Both the position numbers and the translations under genes were made by a program. The notes under the pieces were generated by a model. That model was given only the letters and a program-made list of their open reading frames with translations. It was not told where the DNA came from and made no database searches. 60,548 bases of DNA, from positions 62,001 to 122,548 of the forward strand of contig MEDY01000029.1 in assembly GCA_001724265.1 (NCBI GenBank), read 5' to 3'. The stretch comes from Rhizaria sp. SCN 62-66. Taxonomy: Eukaryota. Shown here one piece after another: positions 36,585-48,687 of the stretch. Every line of letters begins with the position of its first letter. The stretch's first letter is position 1.

Positions 36585-37205
36585 CTACGTTCAGAGGAGC
36601 ACACGAAGGAAGAGGAAGCAGTACGGTGAGTGAGTAAGAACCGCGGGACGTGGAGAGAAACTGGCCAGTACATCACAGAACCATCGTACAATAGCAAACC
36701 AACATTAAATTAAAACAAAAAAACTATGCGATAATCACATATTAAAACCACAAATGAAAATAACGAGTGAAAGTAGGCGCAAACTCTCTGCAGAGTCGGC
36801 CCCCTGAGGCTCAAACCAAACGCTGGCTGGAGCACCAGCGACTCTGACTGACTGACCAACCGGCTTTCATTTGACCGTGCGTGCTCACAGTCTCAGTCCA
36901 AGTTTGACTAGCCAGTTGGCCGACGGGCGAGGGGGGTGACCAGTCGCTCGACGGTAGGGCCGAGTTTAATTCGCAGTTAGCTTCTCTTGACCGAGATAGC
37001 TGGCTGCGGATCTGAAAACTTGCACTGAGGGGGGGATTATTTTGTTTAGCATCGACTTATTTTATCTATGCGCGCTGGCACTGTTTATAGCGGTATTTTT
37101 AGTGCATTCGAAGAGGCCGTGGCGTGCCCCACCTTCCTGTCCGCGACCCAAACTCACCAGTTTTGTTCTCCTATCTTGCCCTTGTACACGCTGCTTTATT
37201 TAGAA

Positions 37206-38712
37206 ATGGGCAAGTTTGCGACTCTGCTTGTGGCTCTTATCGCCGTCAGTGCCGGCTTCGTTGTTCTGCGCTCCGGCGAGACCCTTCGTCTTGTTGGCGA
37301 TGGCGTACGTTACCCTGCTCCATGCCCGTAGCTCATTTCTATTTCTCCGACCTGCACCTCATAGACGCATGGCTTACGTCATCGGGCTATTATCCCAAAG
37401 TCTCATATTTTTTGTTCTTGCTATTGCAAAACTTTTCATTTCTTATATCTCACTTTAACCCCTTCTATTTGTCTTTTTTCCCGTTTCCCGCGCTTCCACG
37501 CACCTTCCCCTCCCATACCACGTTCCTTGCCCTTTTCTGACCCACGTGCTTTTGCCTCGCTGTGTCATCATGTCATCTGTGTGACCCTTGATATATTATA
37601 CTTGTGACTTCTCGTTTCTCTCCCGAGTGCAGAAGTCTCCCGGTATCCTGGATCTTTTCAAGAACCCCTTCATCCGCGACAAGATTAAGAACTCTGCCGA
37701 GGACTACCATGAGAAGAACATGCGTCTCGCCAGCGGTGAGATCAAGGAGCAGGATTCCGCCATGGTCGAGCACTACTACAACATTGTGACCGACTTCTAC
37801 GAGTACGGCTGGTCCCAGTCGTTCCACTTCGCGCACTACATGGACAACGAGTCGTTCGAGGAGTCCCTGGACCGCCACGAGCGCGCCCTCGCCTCCAAGG
37901 TCGACATCAAGCCCGAGCACAACGTCATCGACATCGGCTGCGGCGTCGGCGGCCCCGCGCGCAACATCCACCGCGCCACCAAGGCCAACGTGACCGGCGT
38001 GACGATCAACGAGTACCAGGTGCTGCGCGCCCGCGAGCACACGCAGGCCATGGGCTTCCAGGAGCGCGTCCACTTCCGCCAGATGGACTTCACCAAGCTT
38101 GACTTCGCCGACGCGACCTTTGACCGCGCGTACTCGATCGAGGCCACCTGCCACGCCACCGACCTCACCGACGTGTACCGCGAGGCGTACCGCGTGCTCA
38201 AGCCCGGAGGCCTGTTCGGTTCGTACGAGTGGCTCACCACGGACAAGCACGACGCCAAGAACCCCGAGCACGTCAAGATCATGCGCGACATCGAGTACGG
38301 CTCCGGCCTGCCCCCCATGCACTCGATCGCCGACGTGATGGACGCCGCCAAGAAGGTCGGCTTCGAGCTCGTGTTCGAGCACGACTACGCTCTCGAGACC
38401 AACTACACCCTCCCCTGGTACCACAAGCTCGACATGTCCTACATCTCGACCAGCATCACGCACTACTTCACTCTCTTCATGGAGACCATCGGCCTCGCCG
38501 CCCCCGGCTCCGTGCACGCGCACACCATGCTCCTGCACGCCGTCGACGGCCTCGTCGCCGGCGGCAAGTTCGGCACCTTCACTCCCATGCACATGGTCGT
38601 CTTCCGCAAGCCCCTTGCCGCCGCCAAGCCCGCTGCCGCCGCCGCTGCTGCTCCCGCTGCCCCCAAGGCCGCTGCTCCCGCCGCTGCTGCCCCCAAGGCT
38701 ACCAAGGTCTAA
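37206..38712 (+). CDS. SMT: Sterol C24-methyltransferase (SMT/ERG6 family) with N-terminal anchor
   Basis: YYNIVTDFYEYGWSQSFHFA, IDIGCGVGGPAR, YSIEATCHA and IEYGSGLP. Exons 37206-37304 and 37633-38712 (GTACGT...CAG). Stop TAA. Confidence 0.93.
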
Positions 38713-39972
38713 GTAGCTGAGTGCTTAGATTTGATGTTTCCTCATAACTGTGGTGGACATCAACAACAACACCATCATCTTCATCTGAACAAGACCGCGA
38801 GTTAACTACTGTTGACGTCGCGCTCTGTGTTCAGTGTACTTCTGCTCATCATCGACTTCAACCCTCTCTTTTTATCTACGATCTACAAAGTACCCTTCTT
38901 TATATGCGACTACTTCTTTGTCCCTAGGTGCCGACGACAACGATTTTCATGGGCAGAACGGCACTATTCTTGCTGTTTTGTCATGTTTATTCTGCGATGG
39001 CGGGCGGGCGGGTGGTGGAAGCATATTTTATCGACTTCATTCACTCTCACTTTACTGTGTGACTACGAACGAACGACCGGCGTGTCCGTCCTACTAAGTT
39101 ACGGTGCGTCGACGGTTGTTTGGTTATGTTCGCGCTTCACCGGTGTTTAACGACGGACGATTAAGACTTATCACCACAATCACATACACAACTTGCCCAT
39201 ATTCTATTCGCGTATCTCTCTTTTTTGCTGTCCGAACGTCCCAAGCGAATATATCTGGGGTTTCAATCTCTTGTTACTTCTACTTGTCTCGAACATTGAC
39301 AGCCACTTCGCTTCAGGCAGGATATTCACACATAGATCGGCAGCGCTCAACATTATTGCGCACTTTTTGAAACTAAGACACGGTGATATACTTCGGTGTG
39401 TAATTATTATTTTTAAAAGCTGCGTTTATGCGGCGCAACGCAGGGGTCTCTCACGGGGCGACGTCGACTCCTGACAGACACGAGGGCAGCGACGGTCCAC
39501 GGCACCATATGCCATGCCACTCCACCGACTCGTCGTCAGGGCGAAAGCGCGCTCGCGAGGCTCGAGAAGCGGCAACAACAGTGATAATCGCGTGATTTCT
39601 TGTGCTCCTTGTTGTCGCTTGGCGCTTTTACAAGATTTTGTTATTTTCATGAGTGGAAAAACGTGCGGATATGTAGGACAATCTGTGAATCGGTCTGCCC
39701 CGTCATCAGGTGCCTTTCTCGACAGTCTTCTTAATCTGCCACGTAACATCATGGAAACCGACTATATTTACTATGAACCCCCAGGAATAATCATGGAACT
39801 TATCTTTTTACGTGTGCACCTGGTTTAATTCGTACATCTCCGAGGCTTACATGCTGTTTGACACCTTTCTTTCATTTTTGCCTCTTTCACCACAGATCAC
39901 CCCAACGTCCTTCCTCTCACTCGCAACACGCCTTGGTCTGTGCTGCACTTCGATCAAACTCCACAGCGACAT

Positions 39973-40669
39973 ATGATGAGCGCCCGCAAACCATATGTTG
40001 GCGCGTTGGGCCCGTTCTCTGGCTCTGCGATACCCCAAAACCAGCTTGGAGCTAATGGTTCTTTCCTCCACCACCAAATGATATTTCCCCCCGCCTCCGC
40101 CTCTGTCACCTCTGTCCTCACGTCCGCGCATGCGAAGCCGGCCGTGGCCTACAACAGCGTCCTCGCGCAGGGGCGCGGTGCGATGGCCCGCCCACTCGCG
40201 CCCGCGCCTTCCTCCGTGCCCGTATCCGCGTCTGCGCCTGTCCCTGTCTCTGCATCTGTATCCGATGCGCTGTCAACAGGGCCGAATCAAGTTACCGCGC
40301 GGCCGCAGCAGCATGCCGCCGCGCGCTCGGTCTCCCCGCCGTCCCCGCACTACATCAACATTGCCGCAAACAACGGCGGCAACGGCAACGGCAACGCGCT
40401 CAGCCTCAGCGCTGCGGCCACGCAGTTACCGTTCAGCGGCCACGGCGGCGGTGCGCTGCCGTCGGTGCCCTCCGCGCCCGCATCGGCGCTCAACGGGCCC
40501 GTTGCCGTCCCCGCCCCGGTCTCGGCTGCACTGCTCGGCCTCAGCAACGGCAACGGCAGCAGCACTGCTGGCACTGGTGGCACTGGTGGCACTGTGAGTG
40601 CTGGCAATACGCCGCCGATTACGCCAATGCTCAATCAACAACTCAGTCAACAGCTCAGTCAGCAGCTCA

Positions 40670-40702
<33 letters not shown>

Positions 40703-42936
40703 CGGTGCTGGGCGGCGTTGCGTCGTCTATCCTCGCACTCCTGTCCTCATCCTCGGCCAATAACAACAACTACAACAACAACTACAACAACAATAATAAT
40801 AATAATAACAATAATAATAACAACAGCAGCGGCAGCAACAGTGGCAACGGCAACAATAACGTTGGCTCTGGCGCGGCCGCTGTGGCGGCGGGACGCGGGA
40901 CTCGCGCGTTCCCCTACGGCAACAACGGCGTCGCTAACGCCCCTGCAGCGCCCGCGACCGCGCCTACGGCTGCGTCTGCGTCTGCACCTGCGTCCTCGTC
41001 CGCTGCTGCGGCCACGGCTGCGCTGGCATACTTGCAGCAGCAGATCGCGGCGAGCGGCGCCGCGTCCGGCGCCGGCGTCCTCGCCTCGCTTGGTGACCTG
41101 AGCAACTTCAACGTCGCGGCAGTGGCGCAGGCGCTGATGCAGGCGCGCCAGCGCCAGCAGCAACAGCAGCAGCAGCAACAACAGCAGCTTCCGTTCGCGA
41201 CCAGTGACAACGCCAACTTCCACCCCGGCAACCCCGTCAGCATCACGCCTCTGCGCACCCCTGTGTCTCTGGCGGGTGCACACGGCAGCAACGGCGCTGC
41301 GAGTGGCCTCGGCGGGGCGACTGTGGGCAGCGTCAACACGCCCCCTTCAGCCCAGCCTCTGAACGGTGGCAACGGCGGCAGCGGCCACCTCGCGGCCCTG
41401 GGCTCGCCCCCCGCCCTGAGCACTGCCATTAACAACAGCAGCAGCGCCGGCAGCGGCGCCAGCGTCAGCGGTGTGGGTATGGCGTTTCCAGCGACCACTG
41501 GCGAGGAGAAGCTCAAGCGGCGGCTCGCGCGCAAGGCCGAGCTGGCGCGCGCGTCGCGGCGGCGCAAGAAGCACTACGTGACTGAGCTGCAGCAGCGTGT
41601 GGCGCTGCTGACGGCAAAGCTCTGGGAGGTCGAGCGGCGGTACGGGATCCCCACGGGCCTCAGCCAGCTCGAAGCGATCGGCGGCGACGAGGATGATAAC
41701 GACAACAGCGACGCCGAGAGCACCCCCGCTCACGCCGCGACCGGCGCGAACCCCGGCTCTGGGGCCAACGCCGGGATCGGGGGCCCGAGTCCCGGGCCCG
41801 GTACTATGGGGGATGCGGGGGAGTCGGTGCTGCCGCCGCAGCCGCCGGGGCTACAGCTGTCGTTCCAGCTCGCGTGGCTCGCGCAGTCCCAGCAGCAACA
41901 GCAGTCGCATCCTCAGCAGCAGCAGCAGCAGCAGCAGCCTGGGTTCAGCGCGAGCGACGTCAGCCGCATTATCGCCACCCTCGCCAACAGCAACGCGGCT
42001 GCGGGCAGCGGCGCCGGCGCAATCGCCAGCGTCCTCGGCAACGCCAGCACTAGTGCTAGCGCTAGTGCTAGCGCGAGCGACGGCGAGGGCGGGGTCGTGC
42101 GTGCGCTGCAGTCACTGCTGCAGCAGCAGCAGCAGCAGCAAGGTGGTGGCAACACTGCGACCAACTTGAGCAGCAGCAGCAACAACAACAACGCGTTCAA
42201 CAGTGGCAGCAACAGCAACGCGCAGTCCGAGCCCTCTCCGGTCTCTGACGCGCAGCCCCAGGCGCAGACGCAGACGCAGTCCGAAGCTCAGGCACAGGCG
42301 CAAGCGTGGCTTGCAATTGCCCAGCTCGAGCATCAACAGCAGCAGCAGCAGCAGCAGCAGCAGGACCAGGAGCAGCAGCAGGAGCGGCTTGACTTCGAGC
42401 ATGACTCCTCGCTCAGCGACGACGCGAGCGAGAGCGACCGCAGACTGTCTGACGCACAGTCGCAGTCGCATAATGCGCGGACACTGGCTCAGGCGCAGCG
42501 TCTGCAATCGCGCGCGCAGTCGGTGTCGGCGTCGCCGGTGCCCAGCGCGGCGGACTACGGCACCCACGCCGACGCTCCGCTCGCGCTCCCTCCTGCTGCT
42601 GCTGCGGCGGTGGCTGCGGCTGCTACAAACGCTACCGTGGCGACTGCTGCAACGGCCGTGGCTATCGCCGCCAACACGCGTCGCCGTCGCTCGCCCACCG
42701 TGACCGCGGCTGCCGTCGCCGCTGCAACCCCGACGGATGACAGCAGCAACAGCTTTAACGGCGACGCCGGCGCGGCGATTTCGCACAAGGCCAAGCGCGC
42801 GCGGCTAGCGGCAGGCGCGACGCGCCTCAGTGCAAGCGGCAGCGGCGGCGCGGGCCCTAACGCCCCGGCGGCTGAGTCAGCGTCGGAGGCGGACGGCGCG
42901 GGTGGTGAGGCGCTCGCTGAGGAAGCGAGCGGGTGA
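39973..42936 (+). CDS. bZIP transcription factor with poly-Q/poly-N tracts (start uncertain)
   Basis: EEKLKRRLARKAELARASRRRKKHYVTELQQRVALL at about 41503-41610. A possible acceptor at 39895 suggests an upstream exon. Stop TGA. Confidence 0.8.
40759..40824 (+). repeat. (AAC/AAT)n coding microsatellite, poly-Asn
   Basis: aacaacaac/aataataat run in the bZIP ORF. Confidence 0.9.
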
Positions 42937-43136
42937 GTGAGTCAGTGAGAGAGAAAGATAGAATGCGAGAGGACGACCGCCGGCAAGGTTGAACAGGATC
43001 TGCCAGCGTATCGTGCGAAAGTGTGGAATGGTGATGTGCTAAGTGACAAGATTAGCATGTGTACATACTTTGATTTTTTTTATACTGGGATTTGAGTGGT
43101 TAAGTAATGATTTCGGTACTGTCTATATTCGTGTAC

Positions 43137-43144
43137 TTTGGCGC
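43137..43144 (+). promoter_or_regulatory. E2F-like site TTTGGCGC upstream of the DONSON-like gene
   Basis: Exact TTTSSCGC match about 220 nt before the ATG at 43366. Confidence 0.4.
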
Positions 43145-43365
43145 TAAATGGCATTGTCTGGCTCTAGCATCTGACTTTTTCACAGACGGCACAGAGCTGG
43201 CAACTTTGCCACCACAAAAACAGCGCGCGCAACAGCCCTTGCAGAACGAGAAACGGAAACTGCGATCTGAATGACTCGGGATTATTTTTTAGACGACATA
43301 AATAAGCAATTATTTAGATATCTTTAACGCATTTTTATTTATATTCTCGCATTCTCTGTTAACGG

Positions 43366-46300
43366 ATGTCTGACGGTACATCTCCTCAGTTTTCTATCCG
43401 GTCCTCTCTTTCGCGCCTGCTTTCCCAGCCTCGTCCTTCCCCGAGCGTTGCAGCCATGTCCCGCCATGGACGCACGCCTTCCAAGGCCCCCGGCGGCCCC
43501 AGCCACCTTACTGACCCGCTGTCTCCCGCCCGGTTTACCGCAGTGCGCCCCCGCGCCCCTTTGGCGGCCTCGCGCCGGTCGTTGGCGCAAACCCTCTCTG
43601 CGGCCGACAACAGCGCCCACGGCCCTGTCGGCGCAGATTCCACCCTCGGCGCCTCCGCAACGAGTGCAGCCGCTGACACCGCAGTGGTCGGGCCCGTAGT
43701 GAAGCGCCCGCGCGGGCTGGACACGGTTGACGAAGCCTTCGGGCAGATCAGGAGCGCCAACGGCACCGCTGAGGCTCACCTCAGCGGCAATATCACGAGT
43801 GCAAACGCTGTTAGTGTCGCTGGTGCGGGTACTAACAGCGCGCTGGCGTCGCGTTACAACGCACCCTACGGCCCCGTGCCCCCGTATGGCGCTGGAAACA
43901 GCTCTGTCGCTCACACCGCTACGGCCGCCGCCACGACCGCTGCCAGCTCTCGCTCTCGTGTCGGCGACGCTGCCGGCATCGCTCCAGTCCCCGTCGGCGC
44001 CGAGTCGTCCCGCACCGTCTCCGCCTGGGGCGACGGCAACGCTAACAACGACATCTCCGACATTGGCTTTACCTCCCCAGTCAATAATAGCAACAATAAC
44101 AGTAATAACAGTGCTGCTAACACGCATGTGCGCAGCGCAATTACGCGCATGCTGACGACGCAGCGGCAGGGCCAGACGGCCGCTGTGGACAACCTCAACA
44201 GCAGCAGCAGCGCCAGCGCCGTGAACCTTGGCCTGAGCGGTGCTGGGGCTGGGGCGGGGGCTGGCGCTGGCGGGCTGACGGGGCTGACGCGGTTGCTGCA
44301 GTCTCAGTCGGGACACGCGCAGTCGGGACACGCACAGTCGCAGTACCAGCCCGGCTTTCCGCAACAACAGCAGCAGGGGCAACAGCAGCGGCTCATTGCG
44401 AGCGAGGCTATCGCTCACAATCTCAAAGCAAGTGCAACGACCGCGTTAGACTCCCCCACCGGCCCCCTAACCTCCGCGCCCAAGCCAGGCCCCTTAGACG
44501 GCGGCGGTGGCGGCGGCGGCGGCGGTGGCGGTGCGGCCGAGCTCGACGAGCTGGACATGCTGCTTGCCGGCTCGCACGACCGCGACGCGCGCGCGCTCAG
44601 GCGCGTGCAGTTGGCCACCACGGCCGCGGCCGCCGCGGCAGCTGCAGCCCACGGTCATAGTCACGGGCACGGTGAGAGCGGCGTGCTGCGGCTGGCCGCG
44701 CCGCCGACGGACTACACCATGCGCTGCGTTGCGCGCATTTCACTTGCTCACGACGATAGCAGCGCTGCCGCGGCCAGCAGTGGTGATGCAACTTCTGGTG
44801 AAAACGTAAGCAACGCGAGATCAAGTGCTTCTTCGAGCTCTCGCGGCCTCGGTTGGCTTGTCGCCGCCCTTAGTGGCGCCGAGCCTTCAGACGCAACGAC
44901 GCTTGAAACACTGAACCACAGCTTCAACTCAAGTGAGACCGACTCAAGCGTGCTTGAGGCCTACGACGGAGTCTCGCTCGACGACGCGACGGCTGCCGCC
45001 TCGGCCGCCGTCGCCGCCGTGCCCGCCGCGCTGGCTGCGGCCGCGCGCGCCGCGGTGCGTTTCCACCGGTACCCCTCCGCGGCGCTGCCCGCGGGCCACC
45101 CGGTGCTGGCGGCCCACGCGCGACACCGCCACCGCGTGCGCGACCTGGAGGCGCTGCCCGCGGACGCGCTCGCTGCCGCCGCCGCGCGCAAGGCCGCCGC
45201 CGCGTCGGCAGCGGCAACGGCGGCAGCGGCCGTGGCCGCCGCGGCCGCCACGGGCCGGGGCCGCACGGGCGCCGCGTCGGCCGCCGCCGTGGCCGCGTAC
45301 GCGCTCACGGGCGCTGCGACCGCGGCCGCCGCGGCGTCGGTCGCGGCGGTGACCTCGGCCACGGGACTCGTCACCATGGGCGCCGGCGACGCCCTTAATG
45401 AGGGGGCGGGGGGCGGGATGTGGTGGGACGGCGCGGGCGGCCCGCCGGCGGACGCGGCGCTGGTGCGGGCTGCCGAGGCGCGCTGGCGCGGCTGGGAGGC
45501 GGCGCTCCGCGACCTGGCCACGCGGCTGCTTGCGGGGGCGCTCGAGAGGTTCTACGTCACGACGGCCTACACCACGTGGGTGTTTGCAGCGCCCACCGCC
45601 GTCGACGTGGGCGAACACCACCAAAACAGCAAGATCAAGTGTGTTCACTGCATGTCGTCGAGTGACAACTCGGTTCCTAAGCGAAAGAAGAGCTCTAAAC
45701 GCAACAACAATCACGACGACGACGACAGCGACATGAGCGCAACATCGTGCACTTGCTCTGCGGACGTCAATGCCCGCAGCGACGGCCGCCGCTTCGTGGG
45801 CGTGGGCCCGGTCGCCGTGGCGTCGCACTCGACCGCCGAGCTGCGCGCCGCCCTCGCGCGCGCCGGCGTGCCCTTCCTGACCCCGCTCGCGCCTCGGGCC
45901 GCGGGCGCCGGAGACCCGGCCGCGGTGGGCGCGGGCGCGGGCTCGCTGCTGGTCGTCCCCGGCGCGGCCGCCGTGGCCGCGCTGGTCAGCTGGCTGCACG
46001 CGGACGCGGCGCGGTGCGCGCCCTTCCCGCGCCCGCCGCGGGCCGTGCTGGTCGCCAACACGACGTCCTCGTCCGCGAACGACACCGCCGGTGGCGCCCT
46101 GAAGAGCACGGCAAACACGGGCACGAGCGCTGGCGTCGGCGCTGGCGTCGGCGCAGGCACAGCAGGTAAAGCCTCATCCTCCACCTCGTCGTCGTCATCT
46201 TCCTCAGTCGGCGCGACAACCGCGGTGACGGCCCCCGGCGTGAGCATGGGCGCACTGCTGGCGGCGATCGCGCTGACTGGCGACGCCACGGCCGACTCGG

Positions 46301-47130
46301 CGCCCGCGGCCGCCGCGGCCCACGGCGCTGGGCAAGAGGCCGCCTACCCCGCGGGCGCCTGCGACGTGCCGCTGCTGGCCTGCGCCTGGCCCTTCGCCGG
46401 CGCCGCGGCCTGCGACGCGCGCGTCGTCCGCGCCCACGCAAATATGGACGCTACTATGGGCGAGGCGGGGGACTGGGTCGAGGTGAGCGCGGACCCGCTG
46501 CTGCCCGAGACGGCGGCGGCCCTGCTGCGCGTGGCGGCGCTTGGCGCGGGGCTGCGCGCAGTCGCCGTCCGCGCGGTCAGGGCCGCCGAGGAGGCGGCAG
46601 ACGGCTGCGGCCACTCCTCTGACGAGCACAAGGCGATCACAACTTCGCACAGCAACAGCAGCAGCGGTGCGCTGGTGTCGGCGGACGCGCGTGCGGCCGC
46701 AGCTGCTGCAGCCGCTGCCGCAGCGGCGACAGTGACGATGTCGGGCACGACGCACCCCCTGCTGGCGACCGCGGCCAACATCAACGCCGCGCCCCTGCCG
46801 CAGCTGCAGCGCCCGCTTGCGGCCCACGTCGACGCCGCGGCCGCCGCGGCCGTGGCAGCAACGGCGCGCGCGCTCCGCGCAGCGGCGGTTGTGGCCACGG
46901 TTGCCGGGGAACCCGCGGCCGCCGCGGCGTACCGGCGCGGGGCGGCGGCGGCGGCGGCAATGCATTCGCGCTCGCACTCGCACACATTGCAGTCGCACAT
47001 CGATCGCAGCAGCGGTCGCGGTGCGGGGCTGTCGCTGCTGACGGCGCATGCGGCGCACACGACAGCGCCGCGGGTGGCCAGCGTGGCCGTCAGCAGCGCG
47101 GGCTACACAGTCAAGCTCGACGCAATCTAA
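43366..47130 (+). CDS. DONSON: DONSON-like replication protein
   Basis: Ordered blocks PTDYTM, HRYPS, WEAALRDL...FYV....WVF, SHSTAELRAAL...GVPF, SLLVVPG...LVSWL, DVPLL...PFAGA and PLLP resemble conserved DONSON blocks. Single exon; alternative start at 43456. Stop TAA. Confidence 0.7.
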   Translation: MSDGTSPQFSIRSSLSRLLSQPRPSPSVAAMSRHGRTPSKAPGGPSHLTDPLSPARFTAVRPRAPLAASRRSLAQTLSAADNSAHGPVGADSTLGASATSAAADTAVVGPVVKRPRGLDTVDEAFGQIRSANGTAEAHLSGNITSANAVSVAGAGTNSALASRYNAPYGPVPPYGAGNSSVAHTATAAATTAASSRSRVGDAAGIAPVPVGAESSRTVSAWGDGNANNDISDIGFTSPVNNSNNNSNNSAANTHVRSAITRMLTTQRQGQTAAVDNLNSSSSASAVNLGLSGAGAGAGAGAGGLTGLTRLLQSQSGHAQSGHAQSQYQPGFPQQQQQGQQQRLIASEAIAHNLKASATTALDSPTGPLTSAPKPGPLDGGGGGGGGGGGAAELDELDMLLAGSHDRDARALRRVQLATTAAAAAAAAAHGHSHGHGESGVLRLAAPPTDYTMRCVARISLAHDDSSAAAASSGDATSGENVSNARSSASSSSRGLGWLVAALSGAEPSDATTLETLNHSFNSSETDSSVLEAYDGVSLDDATAAASAAVAAVPAALAAAARAAVRFHRYPSAALPAGHPVLAAHARHRHRVRDLEALPADALAAAAARKAAAASAAATAAAAVAAAAATGRGRTGAASAAAVAAYALTGAATAAAAASVAAVTSATGLVTMGAGDALNEGAGGGMWWDGAGGPPADAALVRAAEARWRGWEAALRDLATRLLAGALERFYVTTAYTTWVFAAPTAVDVGEHHQNSKIKCVHCMSSSDNSVPKRKKSSKRNNNHDDDDSDMSATSCTCSADVNARSDGRRFVGVGPVAVASHSTAELRAALARAGVPFLTPLAPRAAGAGDPAAVGAGAGSLLVVPGAAAVAALVSWLHADAARCAPFPRPPRAVLVANTTSSSANDTAGGALKSTANTGTSAGVGAGVGAGTAGKASSSTSSSSSSSVGATTAVTAPGVSMGALLAAIALTGDATADSAPAAAAAHGAGQEAAYPAGACDVPLLACAWPFAGAAACDARVVRAHANMDATMGEAGDWVEVSADPLLPETAAALLRVAALGAGLRAVAVRAVRAAEEAADGCGHSSDEHKAITTSHSNSSSGALVSADARAAAAAAAAAAAATVTMSGTTHPLLATAANINAAPLPQLQRPLAAHVDAAAAAAVAATARALRAAAVVATVAGEPAAAAAYRRGAAAAAAMHSRSHSHTLQSHIDRSSGRGAGLSLLTAHAAHTTAPRVASVAVSSAGYTVKLDAI

Positions 47131-47549
47131 CGCAATGTGACTGATGCATCGTAAGACTCATAACGATTCATGTCGTAATGAGGACTTATGTTTCAAACTG
47201 CGCGAAATATAACAATTGGTCAAAAAATAATGTATTATTGCACTTGAATTTCCATTAAAACGTTTGACTCTGTATGATTCAACTTGATCAAGAATAAAGA
47301 ACATACATGTTCCGATAAACCACACATCACATTCACACACTAGCTGCGTAAAATCGCAGTTATGGACATTTCATGACCTTTAAAACACTATTTAACTGGC
47401 AACAACTAAATATCTCGAATAATAAGCGCAATATAGCCGATCAGCCTCAGAAATCGTAGCTCGCAGCCTCAGCAGCAAACGCGTCAGTGTCACTGCATCA
47501 CTAGAACCCCCGCAGCGGCGGTCGCCTTCAGCAGTAGCCCTCGGCAGCC

Positions 47550-48393
47550 TCACCAGCCCTCGGCCTCCGCGGCCGCCATCTCGTCCTCGAGCAGCGCGGC
47601 GAAAGCGCCCCCGCGCCGCGGCGGGTACGGCTCCAGCGCGGCCCACCGGCGCGTCGCGGCGGCGGCGGCCAGCGCGGCGGCGGCGGTGGCGACGTCGGCG
47701 GCGATCAGGTAGGGAGACAGCGCCGTGGCCAGCTCCGACTGGTGGTTGTCCATCAGCGCGGGGTTCGTCACGATGAACAGCAGCGGGCCCTGTGACGGCG
47801 ACGGCGACGCAGAAGCAGGAGCAGCAGCAGCTGTCACATCAGCACACGCAGTTGCGATGGCAGGCGTAGTCTGGAGAGGAACAATGGGCGAGGACGCGCG
47901 GAGGGCCTCGAGGACGGTGCCGGCGCCGGCGTGCGAGACGAGAAGCGCGGCGCCGCGCGTGACGGGCCCGAAGTCGGGAATGTAGGCCGCGGTGGCGATA
48001 GTGAAGCCCGCTAAGGCGGCGGCGGCGAGAAAGCACGGGGGCGGCGGGGAGGAGCCGTGCTGCAGCACAATCGCGGAGATAGACAGCGCGCGGAACGCAT
48101 CCAGGAATACGGGCGCGTCGCAGTCCTAAGGGGAGCGCAGGGGCAAGTGTGGCAGCGGTCGAGCGTGGGGTCAGGTGGTAAAGGATGAAAGAGGAGAAGA
48201 TACGACAAGCTATGAGTCGGACAAGCGAGCAAAGAGCAGGGCTAGAGTGCGAACGATGGAGCGGACAGGGATAGCAAGAAAGGCAACGTACAAGAGCGTC
48301 CATGAGGAGCGGGAACTGCGTGGTGCCGACGGTGATGACGACGTAGGGCTCGGTGGGACACACGAAAGGGGTCTCACCAGCAGTTGTTGACAT
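47550..48393 (-). CDS. ALG13: UDP-GlcNAc transferase subunit ALG13
   Basis: ITVGTTQF, LQHG, VSHAGAGTVLEAL and NPALMDNHQSELA. Exons 48393-48292 and 48125-47550 (GTACGT...TAG). Stop TGA. Confidence 0.92.
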
Positions 48394-48598
48394 TGGTGGC
48401 TGGAAACAGCAAGAGGGAGATAAAAGCAGTGTTTGATCGTCAACAGAGCCGTCTGAACAATATAATATACATGCGTCATGATAGTACTCTAATCATTGAT
48501 AAAAAGTCAATAATAATCCACCTGCATGACGCTAGCTGTTCAAACGTGGACGCTCACCTGTATTCGCCAGCTCTGCCCGCCCAACAACTTTCTTTTTT

Positions 48599-48606
48599 TT
48601 TGGCGC
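48599..48606 (+). promoter_or_regulatory. E2F-like site TTTGGCGC in the ALG13/RPA2 divergent promoter
   Basis: Exact TTTSSCGC match about 80 nt before the RPA2 ATG. Confidence 0.45.
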
Positions 48607-48687
48607 CCAGCCCTGGCAGACGACAACCGATCTTGATCGAGTCTTCTGCGACTATCCTGAGGCCATTTTTGGTTTTCTTAGCACACC

